Shown one piece after another: positions 1 through 8,004 of a DNA stretch of 64,000 bases (the stretch's first letter is position 1; each line of letters opens with the position of its first letter). The translations under genes and the position numbers were made by a program. Under the pieces are notes generated by a model. That model did not search any database, was not told where the DNA came from, and saw only the letters and a list, made by a program, of their open reading frames with translations. The stretch comes from a virus (taxonomy: Duplodnaviria > Heunggongvirae > Uroviricota > Caudoviricetes): the IMG/VR virus record IMGVR_UViG_3300028886_003642, one strand, 5' to 3'.

Positions 1-527
1 TATCCTATCATACAAGTCAATCATTTCATCATTAAGATACCTATCATACATGTAAGTGCATGTATATCTATAACTATCCAATTCTTCTTCACTTACATAT
101 TCTATCTTTTTTGGTTTTGGCTTTTCTCGTGAAGGAATATATATTAACCCTTCTCTATTTTCTACTTCTATAGTGCCAAAATGTTTAAGTATCCATTGAG
201 CACCAAAATTTTCACCATAATATCCAAAACATCTTGATACTAATGTTTCTAGTGTGCCTTTCTCATGACAAGTAAAACAATTAAAATATACTTTGCCAGT
301 ATCTCTATCTGCTCTTGTCATTATACCTGCTGATGGTCTATTTTCATTACCATTCTTATGAAAAGGACAAGTAAATACTATATCTTGTCCTGGTGATTTT
401 GGCATCCACAGGTCTTTTAAAAGATTAATATTTTCTCTATGTAATGTTTTTTGCAGTAATAGCATTATGTCTTGGACACTAGCCATTACTGGTATATTAT
501 CTTTTCCTATGAATAACATAGGCATTT
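1..527 (-). CDS. DnaG-like DNA primase, N-terminal part (truncated by window edge)
   Basis: Minus-strand ORF starts ATG at 527 (RBS ggtaaaaggtaaATG) and runs off the window. Translation MPMLFIGKDN...FTCPFHKNGNENRPSAGI matches the CHC2 zinc-finger motif CPFH(x)E(x)TPS of bacterial primases. It lies downstream of the DnaC/DnaB-like genes. Confidence 0.5.
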
Positions 528-532
528 ACCTT

Positions 533-826
533 TTACCAAAGAGCTAGGTTTAAAACCTCTTCTAAGCCTAATTCTATTACCTTATCTCTCTTAAAAATTC
601 TGAAAACTTGCTTTGAAGGAACTACTTCAATGAATTTAGCATATTCCCCATTATGTGTAATTTCTGTATAAATGGGGAGTTGTTTTAATACATTAATAGC
701 TATTTCATCTATTTCTTCATATTCTTCACGTTCAATGTCTTCAATTTTATAACGATACTTAGTCATCACTTGGGCCATCTTGTTCTTTGCTTCTTCTAAC
801 ACGTTCATAGTAATCCTCCAATCCAA
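533..826 (-). CDS. hypothetical protein (97 aa)
   Basis: ORF in track, embedded in the replication module. No recognisable motif. Confidence 0.4.
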   Translation of the reverse strand: MDWRITMNVLEEAKNKMAQVMTKYRYKIEDIEREEYEEIDEIAINVLKQLPIYTEITHNGEYAKFIEVVPSKQVFRIFKRDKVIELGLEEVLNLALW

Positions 827-1202
827 AATTATTTACTTCTTTTAGTTCGTATACACCACAATTCTTACATATTCTTAATTTAAATGAAGTGGTTCTTGTA
901 GTACCTCTTGTAGCGTTTCCGCATAAAGCAGTTAAATCTACATCTTTAATAACTGTTTCTGCAACTTGCTTGGAATCACAAAAGGGACATCGTTTTTTAT
1001 TAGCTGGCTGTAAATCATATACATCCATTATTTTAAGCACATCTTCTAGTAGTTTTATATCTTCTAATTCTTCTGGAAACACTGCTTCTAACTTTAACCT
1101 ATTTATTAATTTAGTTAAACCTACCTTAACACCTCTAAGTCTATAACGCATAGGTTTCCATCTATGATTTAATCTTGGCATGTTATCGCCCCTAAAATAC
1201 AT
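759..1202 (-). CDS. hypothetical C4 zinc-ribbon protein (147 aa)
   Basis: CPFC...(~50 aa)...CKNC cysteine pairs. Overlaps the downstream ORF by 68 nt, so the true boundaries are uncertain. Confidence 0.4.
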   Translation of the reverse strand: MYFRGDNMPRLNHRWKPMRYRLRGVKVGLTKLINRLKLEAVFPEELEDIKLLEDVLKIMDVYDLQPANKKRCPFCDSKQVAETVIKDVDLTALCGNATRGTTRTTSFKLRICKNCGVYELKEVNNFGLEDYYERVRRSKEQDGPSDD

Positions 1203-2475
1203 TAGCTACTGTCTTTTTTACTTCTTGTTGTTGTGTTTTTAAATCTTCATCTTTTTCTATATCTTCTAAATCTGGGATATAATTAAATGTTAAGTGATCA
1301 AAATCATATGCATACAAAAGTTTTTTATCTACTAAACCATAACGATTCTTAGCTATACTTAATTGTAATGCTCCTGCTTTCTTTTGAATAGCAATAATTC
1401 TAGTAGACACTTGCGCTAAAGAATATGATCCACCAATAGACTCTGCATCCATATCCACCTGTTCATTACTCTTACTTTCATTTTGTCTACGTCTTGCTTG
1501 TACTACACCAACTACAGGTATTTTATACTGTGTAGACATTGAAAGTAACTCTGCACCAACTTCTCCTTCTATTTCAGCTTCTGTTTGCCCCTTCTTAGGA
1601 TAATCTTGACGAACATATTTAATACCATCAATAAAAACAATATCACACTTAGTCTGCTGAATTAACTGCTCAATTTTACTTACAGTTATTTTTCTATTTA
1701 AATCAGTCATATCTACAACAAATAAATGCTTATCGCTTTTATTCATATCCTCAATATATTCTTTGTAGCCATTTATTTGTAAGCCTTTTTGCATAGCCAA
1801 ATTAGAAAAATTAGTGATGTAAGTATCTATACGATATTGAATATCAAGCTTTGGCATTTCTGGACTAATAAATAAAACTCTGTCTCCATCCATACACGCT
1901 TTAGCAGCACTACTACAAAGTACTTGAGATTTTCCTGTATTAGACTTACTAAGGTAAAGAAATAAATCTCCACCTCTCTGATAACCATATACATATTCAT
2001 TTAATTCTTTAAATGGAGTTTCAATATATATCTCTGCTGGATGTTTATTTCTTTCTTCCCAAACCTCTAATCTTTCCTTATCATGCATCATATCAACACA
2101 AGTTATTTCATTAGTAAGTTTTAACTCATCTACATGAGATAAAAGATATCTAACACCATCATTAGCATCTTTTTCCATCATCTTCCCAGAAGATTGAATT
2201 AAAGTTACACAACGATTAAATAACCTAAATTCTCTAATATCATCTAATACAGATTTAAAATTAGAAGGTAAGTCTGTAAAAGAAAAATTCGGACAATTCG
2301 CAATTAACTGTTCAGCTGTTGGAGTAGATTTATATTTTTCATAATATTCTCTAACATAATTAAACGCATCTCTATGCTCAAAGAAGTAAGTTTCATCTAA
2401 AAAATTATTAGTTAATACAGAGTAATCTTTATCTTTTATTACTTTAGTTATTACTTGACTTTCTGAAAGGCTCAT
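1192..2475 (-). CDS. DnaB-family replicative DNA helicase
   Basis: Walker A LSKSNTGKSQVL, Walker B-like VFIDGIKY and the H4-like motif VVGVVQARR, typical of the DnaB C-terminal RecA-like domain. 4-nt ATGA overlap with the upstream loader gene. Confidence 0.75.
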   Translation of the reverse strand: MSLSESQVITKVIKDKDYSVLTNNFLDETYFFEHRDAFNYVREYYEKYKSTPTAEQLIANCPNFSFTDLPSNFKSVLDDIREFRLFNRCVTLIQSSGKMMEKDANDGVRYLLSHVDELKLTNEITCVDMMHDKERLEVWEERNKHPAEIYIETPFKELNEYVYGYQRGGDLFLYLSKSNTGKSQVLCSSAAKACMDGDRVLFISPEMPKLDIQYRIDTYITNFSNLAMQKGLQINGYKEYIEDMNKSDKHLFVVDMTDLNRKITVSKIEQLIQQTKCDIVFIDGIKYVRQDYPKKGQTEAEIEGEVGAELLSMSTQYKIPVVGVVQARRRQNESKSNEQVDMDAESIGGSYSLAQVSTRIIAIQKKAGALQLSIAKNRYGLVDKKLLYAYDFDHLTFNYIPDLEDIEKDEDLKTQQQEVKKTVANVF

Positions 2476-3191
2476 AAGTTACCCTTCCTTCTATATTGAT
2501 TTGTTGAAGCTCTTCTACTTTCTCCGATTATCTGCAATGAAATATCACTCAATATTCTATCAGCAGTTCTCACACCGCACTTTGACGCAAGCTCTTCTTG
2601 ATTTAAGTTACTAGTAAATATAGTTGCTTTTTTATTTCTATATCTGTTATCAATTACATCTGCAAGCACTGAATCATCATACTTACTTAAATGTATCGCT
2701 CCAATATCATCTAATATAAGAAGATTTACGTTTAATGCTTTTTGAATTACTTCCTGACGTTTTTCATTATCATCAAAATTTTTTGCATTAGCTAAAAAAC
2801 TAGGAACATATACAAAATAAGCTACATTAGGATTAAAACCATTACCTAAACTATTCATTGCTAAATACGTTAGCATAATTTTAATTGCCCACGAACTTTT
2901 ACCACTGCCTGCATTATAACCCCAAATATATAAAAACCGTCCTTCATCCACAAAGGCATCTATATCAGTCTTTATATCGTTTAAAGTATAAAATACATCT
3001 ACGTCTTCATCAGAAGGTGTTAATAATATTTTATCATAACTCTTAAACTTATCTGGAACTTCACTTGCAAAAAGCAGGTAGTCAAATTCTCTACGCATTG
3101 CACAGAATTTATTACAACCTTTAGTCTTTTCTAAGTGACAAGATCCATTAAACCAACACTTATCTTCATAATGATACTCATACTCATTCAC
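2472..3191 (-). CDS. DnaC/IstB-like AAA+ helicase loader
   Basis: Walker A GYNAGSGKSSWA, Walker B LLILDDIG and sensor TIFTSN. N-terminal Cys cluster. Translationally coupled to the DnaB-like gene. Confidence 0.7.
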   Translation of the reverse strand: MNEYEYHYEDKCWFNGSCHLEKTKGCNKFCAMRREFDYLLFASEVPDKFKSYDKILLTPSDEDVDVFYTLNDIKTDIDAFVDEGRFLYIWGYNAGSGKSSWAIKIMLTYLAMNSLGNGFNPNVAYFVYVPSFLANAKNFDDNEKRQEVIQKALNVNLLILDDIGAIHLSKYDDSVLADVIDNRYRNKKATIFTSNLNQEELASKCGVRTADRILSDISLQIIGESRRASTNQYRRKGNL

Positions 3192-3192
3192 T

Positions 3193-3399
3193 TTACCACC
3201 CCCTCCTTTTCTCCCAACTATAACATCTTTTAAAATCTTTTTCTAAATTACAAGTACGAGTAAAGCTATTAAAATACTTACAAGAACTACATTTTGATTG
3301 CCTATAGCTTAATCTAACCACATTATTATTCTTACCTTCTTGATAGGTTTGAAAAAGCATAAGAACAATTAGTATCCAACAAGACATTATAAGCCACAT
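3193..3399 (-). CDS. small hydrophobic protein (68 aa)
   Basis: ORF with an N-terminal hydrophobic segment MWLIMSCWILIVLMLF, directly downstream of the consensus promoter at 3420-3455. Confidence 0.35.
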   Translation of the reverse strand: MWLIMSCWILIVLMLFQTYQEGKNNNVVRLSYRQSKCSSCKYFNSFTRTCNLEKDFKRCYSWEKRRGW

Positions 3400-3419
3400 C
3401 TATCTATCCCCTTTCTGCA

Positions 3420-3455
3420 CATATTATCATAGCACAAAAAAGAGAAAATGTCAAG
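3420..3455 (-). promoter_or_regulatory. sigma70-type promoter (-35 TTGACA at 3449-3454, 17-bp spacer, -10 TATGAT at 3426-3431)
   Basis: Minus-strand reading ccccTTGACAttttctcttttttgtgcTATGATaatat, upstream of the ORF that starts at 3399. Confidence 0.55.
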
Positions 3456-3472
3456 GGGAAATTGCTTTCCCC
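3455..3472 (-). terminator. rho-independent terminator-like hairpin (GGGGAAA/TTTCCCC) followed by a T-run on the minus strand
   Basis: ggggaaattgctttcccc inverted repeat. On the minus strand a T-rich run (ttttctctttttt) follows it. Confidence 0.45.
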
Positions 3473-3483
3473 TTACAAAAATA

Positions 3484-3657
3484 TTTAGATAATTCTAACA
3501 AGGTCAATATCAATATCTACATCTGATAGCTGATAATCTAAATCACCAATATCTAAATTTGCTTCAATTTCTTCATAGATTTCTTCTTCTGTAGTATCAT
3601 CTGGAACTACTATAGTTACTTTAGCTTTACCATTTACATAGCAATTTGCTGTTACTT
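3484..3657 (-). CDS. small acidic protein (~58 aa), not in ORF track (<60 aa)
   Basis: Manual translation MKEVTANCYVNGKAKVTIVVPDDTTEEEIYEEIEANLDIGDLDYQLSDVDIDIDLVRII with RBS AAGGAGAG 6 nt upstream. Confidence 0.35.
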
Positions 3658-3660
3658 CTT

Positions 3661-4305
3661 TCATTTTACTCTCCTTATATATTCTGGATATACTTTACTA
3701 GCACTAACTTTTTTACCTGCCTCATCTACTAATACTTTCTTACCACTAGGAGTTTTTACTTCGTAATATTTAGGTAAAGGTTCTTTACCTTGTTCTCGCA
3801 TGAAGTCATCAAATATATCTGTGCCATTTTGTTGTCTATATAGATTAGACATAGCACACATTATATTTACGTTAAAATTTAATATATCACTATTATCATA
3901 GCCCCAAAGAACTTCTTCTATGTTATCTTCTCCGATTGCAGTAAACTCGTCCATGGACGTAAATTTTTCAACAGTACTAAAATAATCTATACACTCATAT
4001 TTCTTGCCATCATATACTTTATTAGGAATAAATGTAATTAAAAATTCTTTTGGAGTTAACCTAGCTAAAAGTTGTGTTGTTTCTGTACCTGCCTGAAATA
4101 TTAAATAACTATTATCTTCTAACTTACAAATACAATTAAAATCTTTAACTAAATATCTACAAAGACTCATATATTGATATCTATCATATGGGTCTAGATT
4201 TAATAAAATATTATCTATTATTGACTTATATTTCTCATGCCACCATTCAGTAGTTTTCTTATTACCATCAATTACTTTAAAATTAGTAGATGCATCCATC
4301 GTCAT
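3661..4305 (-). CDS. hypothetical protein (214 aa)
   Basis: Long minus-strand ORF. No recognisable motif. Confidence 0.5.
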   Translation of the reverse strand: MTMDASTNFKVIDGNKKTTEWWHEKYKSIIDNILLNLDPYDRYQYMSLCRYLVKDFNCICKLEDNSYLIFQAGTETTQLLARLTPKEFLITFIPNKVYDGKKYECIDYFSTVEKFTSMDEFTAIGEDNIEEVLWGYDNSDILNFNVNIMCAMSNLYRQQNGTDIFDDFMREQGKEPLPKYYEVKTPSGKKVLVDEAGKKVSASKVYPEYIRRVK

Positions 4306-4510
4306 AATCTATTTCCCTGTATATTACATCTGGTTTAAAAACTTCACTTATTTCAAATAAAATAAAATCATCTTCATGTTCTGTACCATCATCAACAATA
4401 ACATCATGAAATGCTTTTGTGTCTTCAAAAATAAAATCACTAACGTATGTTGTAGAATCTGGGCTATAGCAATAAAGTTTTCCTGTACTACGATTAACTG
4501 CAATTATCAT
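4283..4510 (-). CDS. hypothetical protein (75 aa)
   Basis: ORF in operon context. Confidence 0.3.
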   Translation of the reverse strand: MIIAVNRSTGKLYCYSPDSTTYVSDFIFEDTKAFHDVIVDDGTEHEDDFILFEISEVFKPDVIYREIDYDDGCIY

Positions 4511-4800
4511 GATAAATCTCCTTTTTTAATAACTTCCAATAATTCTGAATCTTTTAAGTTGTATAACTTGCCACAATTAAGATCTGCTGTACCATATTCT
4601 TTCATTAAAATATTATAAAGTAATTGCAAAAATCTTTGATGAGGATACTTTGCATGTAACTTTATCAATTCTTGCCCTAATATTACTATATCTAATTTAC
4701 TTTCCACTAGAACCAACTCCACCAGTACGAATATCTGAAAGTGGTTTATCATCATCTGTAATATAATATGAAGAAAAAATGCCTTGAGCAATTCTATCAT
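4507..4800 (-). CDS. hypothetical protein (<=97 aa; start probably an internal Met)
   Basis: ORF overlaps the dUTPase 3' end by ~100 nt, so a later start is likely. Confidence 0.3.
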   Translation of the reverse strand: MIELLKAFFLHIILQMMINHFQIFVLVELVLVESKLDIVILGQELIKLHAKYPHQRFLQLLYNILMKEYGTADLNCGKLYNLKDSELLEVIKKGDLS

Positions 4801-5143
4801 ACTTCTTAATTTCTACAGACTCATCCCCATAATTATATAATGCTACTAAAAGATTGCCATCGTTTTGGATATTGCTATAATAAGAACTATCTATAATTCC
4901 TGTAATATTAGCAAGCATTAAATGTTTTTTAATTCCTATAGAGCTACGCACATGAATAGCCAAATACTCATTACTAGGCATATATGCTTTTACATCTGTC
5001 TTAAATACATGCATAGTATTAGGTGCTATAATAGCATCTTCATTACTATAAATATCATATCCTGCTGATCTTAAATCAGACCTTGTTGGTAATTTTACAT
5101 CTTTACTAGCATCCTTTACTCTCTCAAACCCTCTGTACCGCAA
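4697..5143 (-). CDS. dut: dUTP diphosphatase (trimeric dUTPase)
   Basis: Five conserved dUTPase motifs are present: AGYD, RSSIG(IKK), GIIDSSYY, YDRIAQGIF, and the C-terminal RTGGVGSSGK (motif 5, RxxGxGSxG). Confidence 0.8.
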   Translation of the reverse strand: MRYRGFERVKDASKDVKLPTRSDLRSAGYDIYSNEDAIIAPNTMHVFKTDVKAYMPSNEYLAIHVRSSIGIKKHLMLANITGIIDSSYYSNIQNDGNLLVALYNYGDESVEIKKYDRIAQGIFSSYYITDDDKPLSDIRTGGVGSSGK

Positions 5144-5331
5144 AATTCTTCCTCCTTTGGATCAATCTTCTTCATTAAACTAGTTGCAACTTCAAGTTTT
5201 TTCATAGCTACTGATACTTCCAAAATTGCAACATCAACATATTCCTTATCAACATAATTAAGATGATTTTCTGCAACCTCCAAGTCAGAAATTGCTTCAT
5301 CAATCAGTTTCTTTACTTCTTCCTTGCTCAT
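5116..5331 (-). CDS. hypothetical coiled-coil protein (71 aa)
   Basis: ORF in track. Confidence 0.35.
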   Translation of the reverse strand: MSKEEVKKLIDEAISDLEVAENHLNYVDKEYVDVAILEVSVAMKKLEVATSLMKKIDPKEEEFCGTEGLRE

Positions 5332-5675
5332 TAGAAAACCAAATCCTTTCTTATTTTACTTTCATCTTGCTTTTTCCTAGTTACAGACTCTTGTGGTCTA
5401 TTATTATTTTGTTCATATGCCATCTGCCTATATCCACACAATACAGATCTATGAACCATTTGAACTCTTTCTATTTTAGGTATTTTTTCTAAGAGTTCAC
5501 ATTGAGCTATCCAGCTTATTTTAGTTGGATAGAATCGTTTTTGTCTACATACTTTTAGAAAATCTTTAATCTCTTTCATTAAAGCACTATCATCTCCAAA
5601 CTTAGATTCAGCAATTTCTAAAAGCGTTAGGTTTTTCTTAGGCTTCTCCTGTTTAGGGATATTAAATAGACCCAT
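5331..5675 (-). CDS. hypothetical protein (114 aa)
   Basis: First ORF after the consensus promoter at 5700-5732. Confidence 0.45.
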   Translation of the reverse strand: MGLFNIPKQEKPKKNLTLLEIAESKFGDDSALMKEIKDFLKVCRQKRFYPTKISWIAQCELLEKIPKIERVQMVHRSVLCGYRQMAYEQNNNRPQESVTRKKQDESKIRKDLVF

Positions 5676-5699
5676 ATTTGCTCCTCCTCAATTTCTATA

Positions 5700-5732
5700 C
5701 ATAGTATATCACACTTCTAAGGGTTTGTCAAG
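5700..5732 (-). promoter_or_regulatory. sigma70-type promoter (-35 TTGACA at 5726-5731, 17 bp, -10 TATACT at 5703-5708)
   Basis: Minus-strand reading cttcTTGACAaacccttagaagtgtgaTATACTatg. Confidence 0.55.
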
Positions 5733-5772
5733 AAGAAAAATAAAAAAGGACAGGAAAATTTTCTCCTGTCCT
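5733..5772 (-). terminator. rho-independent terminator (GGACAGGA...TCCTGTCC stem plus T-run)
   Basis: Inverted repeat at 5747-5754 and 5764-5771. On the minus strand it is followed by TTTTTTATTTTTCTTCTT. Lies just downstream of the ORF ending at 5783. Confidence 0.6.
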
Positions 5773-5782
5773 ATCCTCTAAT

Positions 5783-6433
5783 TTAATCCTTCTTATATAC
5801 ATTATTGCCTATTGGTTTTGGTGGAGTTGTGAGTGCTTTTATAGGCTCCCAACCAAAATCATTTATACGACTAATAAAAGTTTGATAAGCTACCTTTCCG
5901 CATTCTCGCCACCACTCTTTAGCAGTTTTTGTAATACCGTCTATAGTTATATAGTGATTTCTTCTTGTATTATTTCCCTGCTTTAAATGTGTAGTCCACC
6001 TACAATTTTCTTTACAATAATTCCCATCTACATCAATCCTGTCTAACGTAGTCTCCTTCTCACCAAATTCTTCTACATGTACTTGATAACTTTCATACAT
6101 ATCAGACATAAATTCTTCAAATGTATTCCACTCAACTTTTATACCTCGTCCACCGTAATTTTCATACCCAATACATTTAGGAGAAGTACAACGTCTTTTT
6201 GCATCATGATAAATATGATAAAATCTAGTACCTGTCATTCCATGTGTAGATGTATAACCACTATGCTTTAAACATCCACAAGACTTTACCATACCACTAC
6301 TTAAATGGCTATAGCTAACAGTCTTAAATCCTCCACATTCACACTCACAAATCATTTTTGTACGTTCACCCTTTTTATACCTAACACCTATAATAGTAAG
6401 CTTACCAATTCTTTCTCCAATATGGTAATTCAT
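5783..6433 (-). CDS. Cys-rich HNH-like endonuclease-family protein (paralog of 17401..18423)
   Basis: N-terminal GKLTIIG...CECECGG...SCGCLKH Cys module. C-terminal RFYHIYHDAKRRC...YGGRGIKV...LDRIDVDGNYCKENCRWTT resembles a degenerate HNH motif (D-x-I-D...N...N-C/L-R-W-T). Confidence 0.5.
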   Translation of the reverse strand: MNYHIGERIGKLTIIGVRYKKGERTKMICECECGGFKTVSYSHLSSGMVKSCGCLKHSGYTSTHGMTGTRFYHIYHDAKRRCTSPKCIGYENYGGRGIKVEWNTFEEFMSDMYESYQVHVEEFGEKETTLDRIDVDGNYCKENCRWTTHLKQGNNTRRNHYITIDGITKTAKEWWRECGKVAYQTFISRINDFGWEPIKALTTPPKPIGNNVYKKD

Positions 6434-6463
6434 ACTAACATTGCTAATAAATATCGCCTCACT

Positions 6464-6889
6464 TTAAATAGGATTATCATTCATCAACCTTTCTGCTAGA
6501 GAATTGCTAACCCATTTACCAATACGTTGTTTAAGGGCATCTACATCTGCAAGTTGCTTTTCAGCCTGTGTTAAATTCACATAACCATTAAAAGAAATAT
6601 TATTACCTGCTACATTAAAGATAAGTGTATCTTCTACTAATCCATCTGGATTATAAGCAAAGATATCAAATACTGGCCCTTGTGGTTTAATATTACCACG
6701 AATACGTACAATAGAAAGTGGTTCAATGTAATCTTGGCTTACTTCTACTTCTTCGACATTAATTGTGTCATATTCACCAGTTTTAATGAGGTTTGCTTTA
6801 AGTGTACCTGCATTATCCTCTTGATCACAAGCAGAAATAATCTGACCATTTCTACCATTTTTTAATAAATATACATACATGTTTATCAT
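6464..6889 (-). CDS. hypothetical protein, tandem paralog A (141 aa)
   Basis: Shares clear similarity with the adjacent 6907..7506 product, e.g. ...NGYVNLTQAEKQ...ERLMNDNP versus ...VGYAKLTEAEIS...ERLVNDNP. Confidence 0.5.
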   Translation of the reverse strand: MINMYVYLLKNGRNGQIISACDQEDNAGTLKANLIKTGEYDTINVEEVEVSQDYIEPLSIVRIRGNIKPQGPVFDIFAYNPDGLVEDTLIFNVAGNNISFNGYVNLTQAEKQLADVDALKQRIGKWVSNSLAERLMNDNPI

Positions 6890-6906
6890 ACCTCCTTTAA
6901 ATATTA

Positions 6907-7506
6907 TTAACCTTCTCCATCTCCTGTTTCTGTACCACCTTCAGTAGGTTCTGTACTTCCTCCTTCGGTTTCTGAACCACCTTCTCCACCAGTATCTGGG
7001 TCAGGGTCAGGATCAGGTTCTGGATCTGGGTCAGGATCTGGAGTTGGTTCAGGCTCTGGTTCAGGATCTGGTTGTGGATCTACCTGTTCAGGATTGTCAT
7101 TAACAAGTCTTTCACTAAATAATCCTTCAATCCAACTTGTAAGTCTAGTTTTTAAAGATGTAATATCACTAGCACTAATTTCTGCTTCAGTTAATTTAGC
7201 ATATCCAACAAAGCTAACAAGATTAGCAGTTACAGTAAATGTCATCTTATCTACTTCTGTTACTCCTTCTGGAATATTATATGGAGTAATAGTAAGTCTA
7301 GGGCCACCAGATGCGAAATACCCTTCTACTTTTACAGCAGATAATGCTGTTACCACATCAGAACTTACCTCAATAGTTTCTAGATCAATTTTACGATAAG
7401 ATCCAACCTTTAAAAGATTACTACGTTCTGCAATGGCACTTGCTTCAGTGTCATATGCATTAATAAATTGTCTATTAAGACCGTTTCTTAAAATATATAC
7501 GTTCAA
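6907..7506 (-). CDS. hypothetical protein, tandem paralog B with C-terminal (D/E)P-repeat and Gly/Glu/Thr-rich tail (199 aa)
   Basis: The N-terminal 140 aa are homologous to paralog A. The C-terminal tail reads PQPDPEPEPEPTPDPDPDPEPDPDPDPDTGGEGGSETEGG. Confidence 0.5.
   Translation of the reverse strand: MNVYILRNGLNRQFINAYDTEASAIAERSNLLKVGSYRKIDLETIEVSSDVVTALSAVKVEGYFASGGPRLTITPYNIPEGVTEVDKMTFTVTANLVSFVGYAKLTEAEISASDITSLKTRLTSWIEGLFSERLVNDNPEQVDPQPDPEPEPEPTPDPDPDPEPDPDPDPDTGGEGGSETEGGSTEPTEGGTETGDGEG
6990..7090. repeat. short tandem DNA repeat (gggtca/ggatct units) encoding the DP/EP tail
   Basis: gggtcagggtcaggatcaggttctggatctgggtcaggatctgg... reiterated hexamer-like units. Confidence 0.5.
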
Positions 7507-7509
7507 AAC

Positions 7510-8004
7510 TCATCCCTCCAAATTTAATAAAACAACTTTATTATTATCTAAAGACGCTTTTACGTCTATTATTCTTTGATTTGATGATCCTTTAAAAGCT
7601 AATGTTATATCACGATTATTTAATTCAAATTCCCCATCCACTAATACATCTATACAGGATAAATCAATTCCGTCTAGTTCTTCCCAAGTATACCCAGTAT
7701 AACACCAAATATTTTTATGAGGCAATTCTTCTTTTATCCTTTTTGCAAATTTTAGTATATCATTTCTATTACTAAAAGCCAAAGGATCTCCACCACTAAA
7801 TGTTATACCATCTACTTCTGGTTTTGCAAGGTACTTCAAAATTTTATCTTCGGTTTCTTTTGTGAATATATTACCACAATTAAAATCCCATGAATTACTA
7901 TTATGACAACCTAAACAACAATGATTACAACCACTAACAAATAGCACACAACGAATACCCATACCGTTATTAATGGAAGCCTTATCTATTTCTAAATATC
8001 TCAA
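7510..8004 (-). CDS. nrdG: anaerobic ribonucleoside-triphosphate reductase activating protein (radical SAM)
   Basis: CVLFVSGCNHCCLGCHN matches the NrdG CxxxCxxC cluster region. 164 aa. Translationally coupled to nrdD (ATGA overlap at 8001-8004). Confidence 0.8.
   Translation of the reverse strand: MRYLEIDKASINNGMGIRCVLFVSGCNHCCLGCHNSNSWDFNCGNIFTKETEDKILKYLAKPEVDGITFSGGDPLAFSNRNDILKFAKRIKEELPHKNIWCYTGYTWEELDGIDLSCIDVLVDGEFELNNRDITLAFKGSSNQRIIDVKASLDNNKVVLLNLEG

Noticed and set aside
4507-4800. Full-length 97-aa ORF overlapping the dUTPase 3' end by ~100 nt
   Set aside because: Such a long out-of-frame overlap is unlikely. The gene probably starts at an internal Met, so the 5' third of the listed ORF is rejected.
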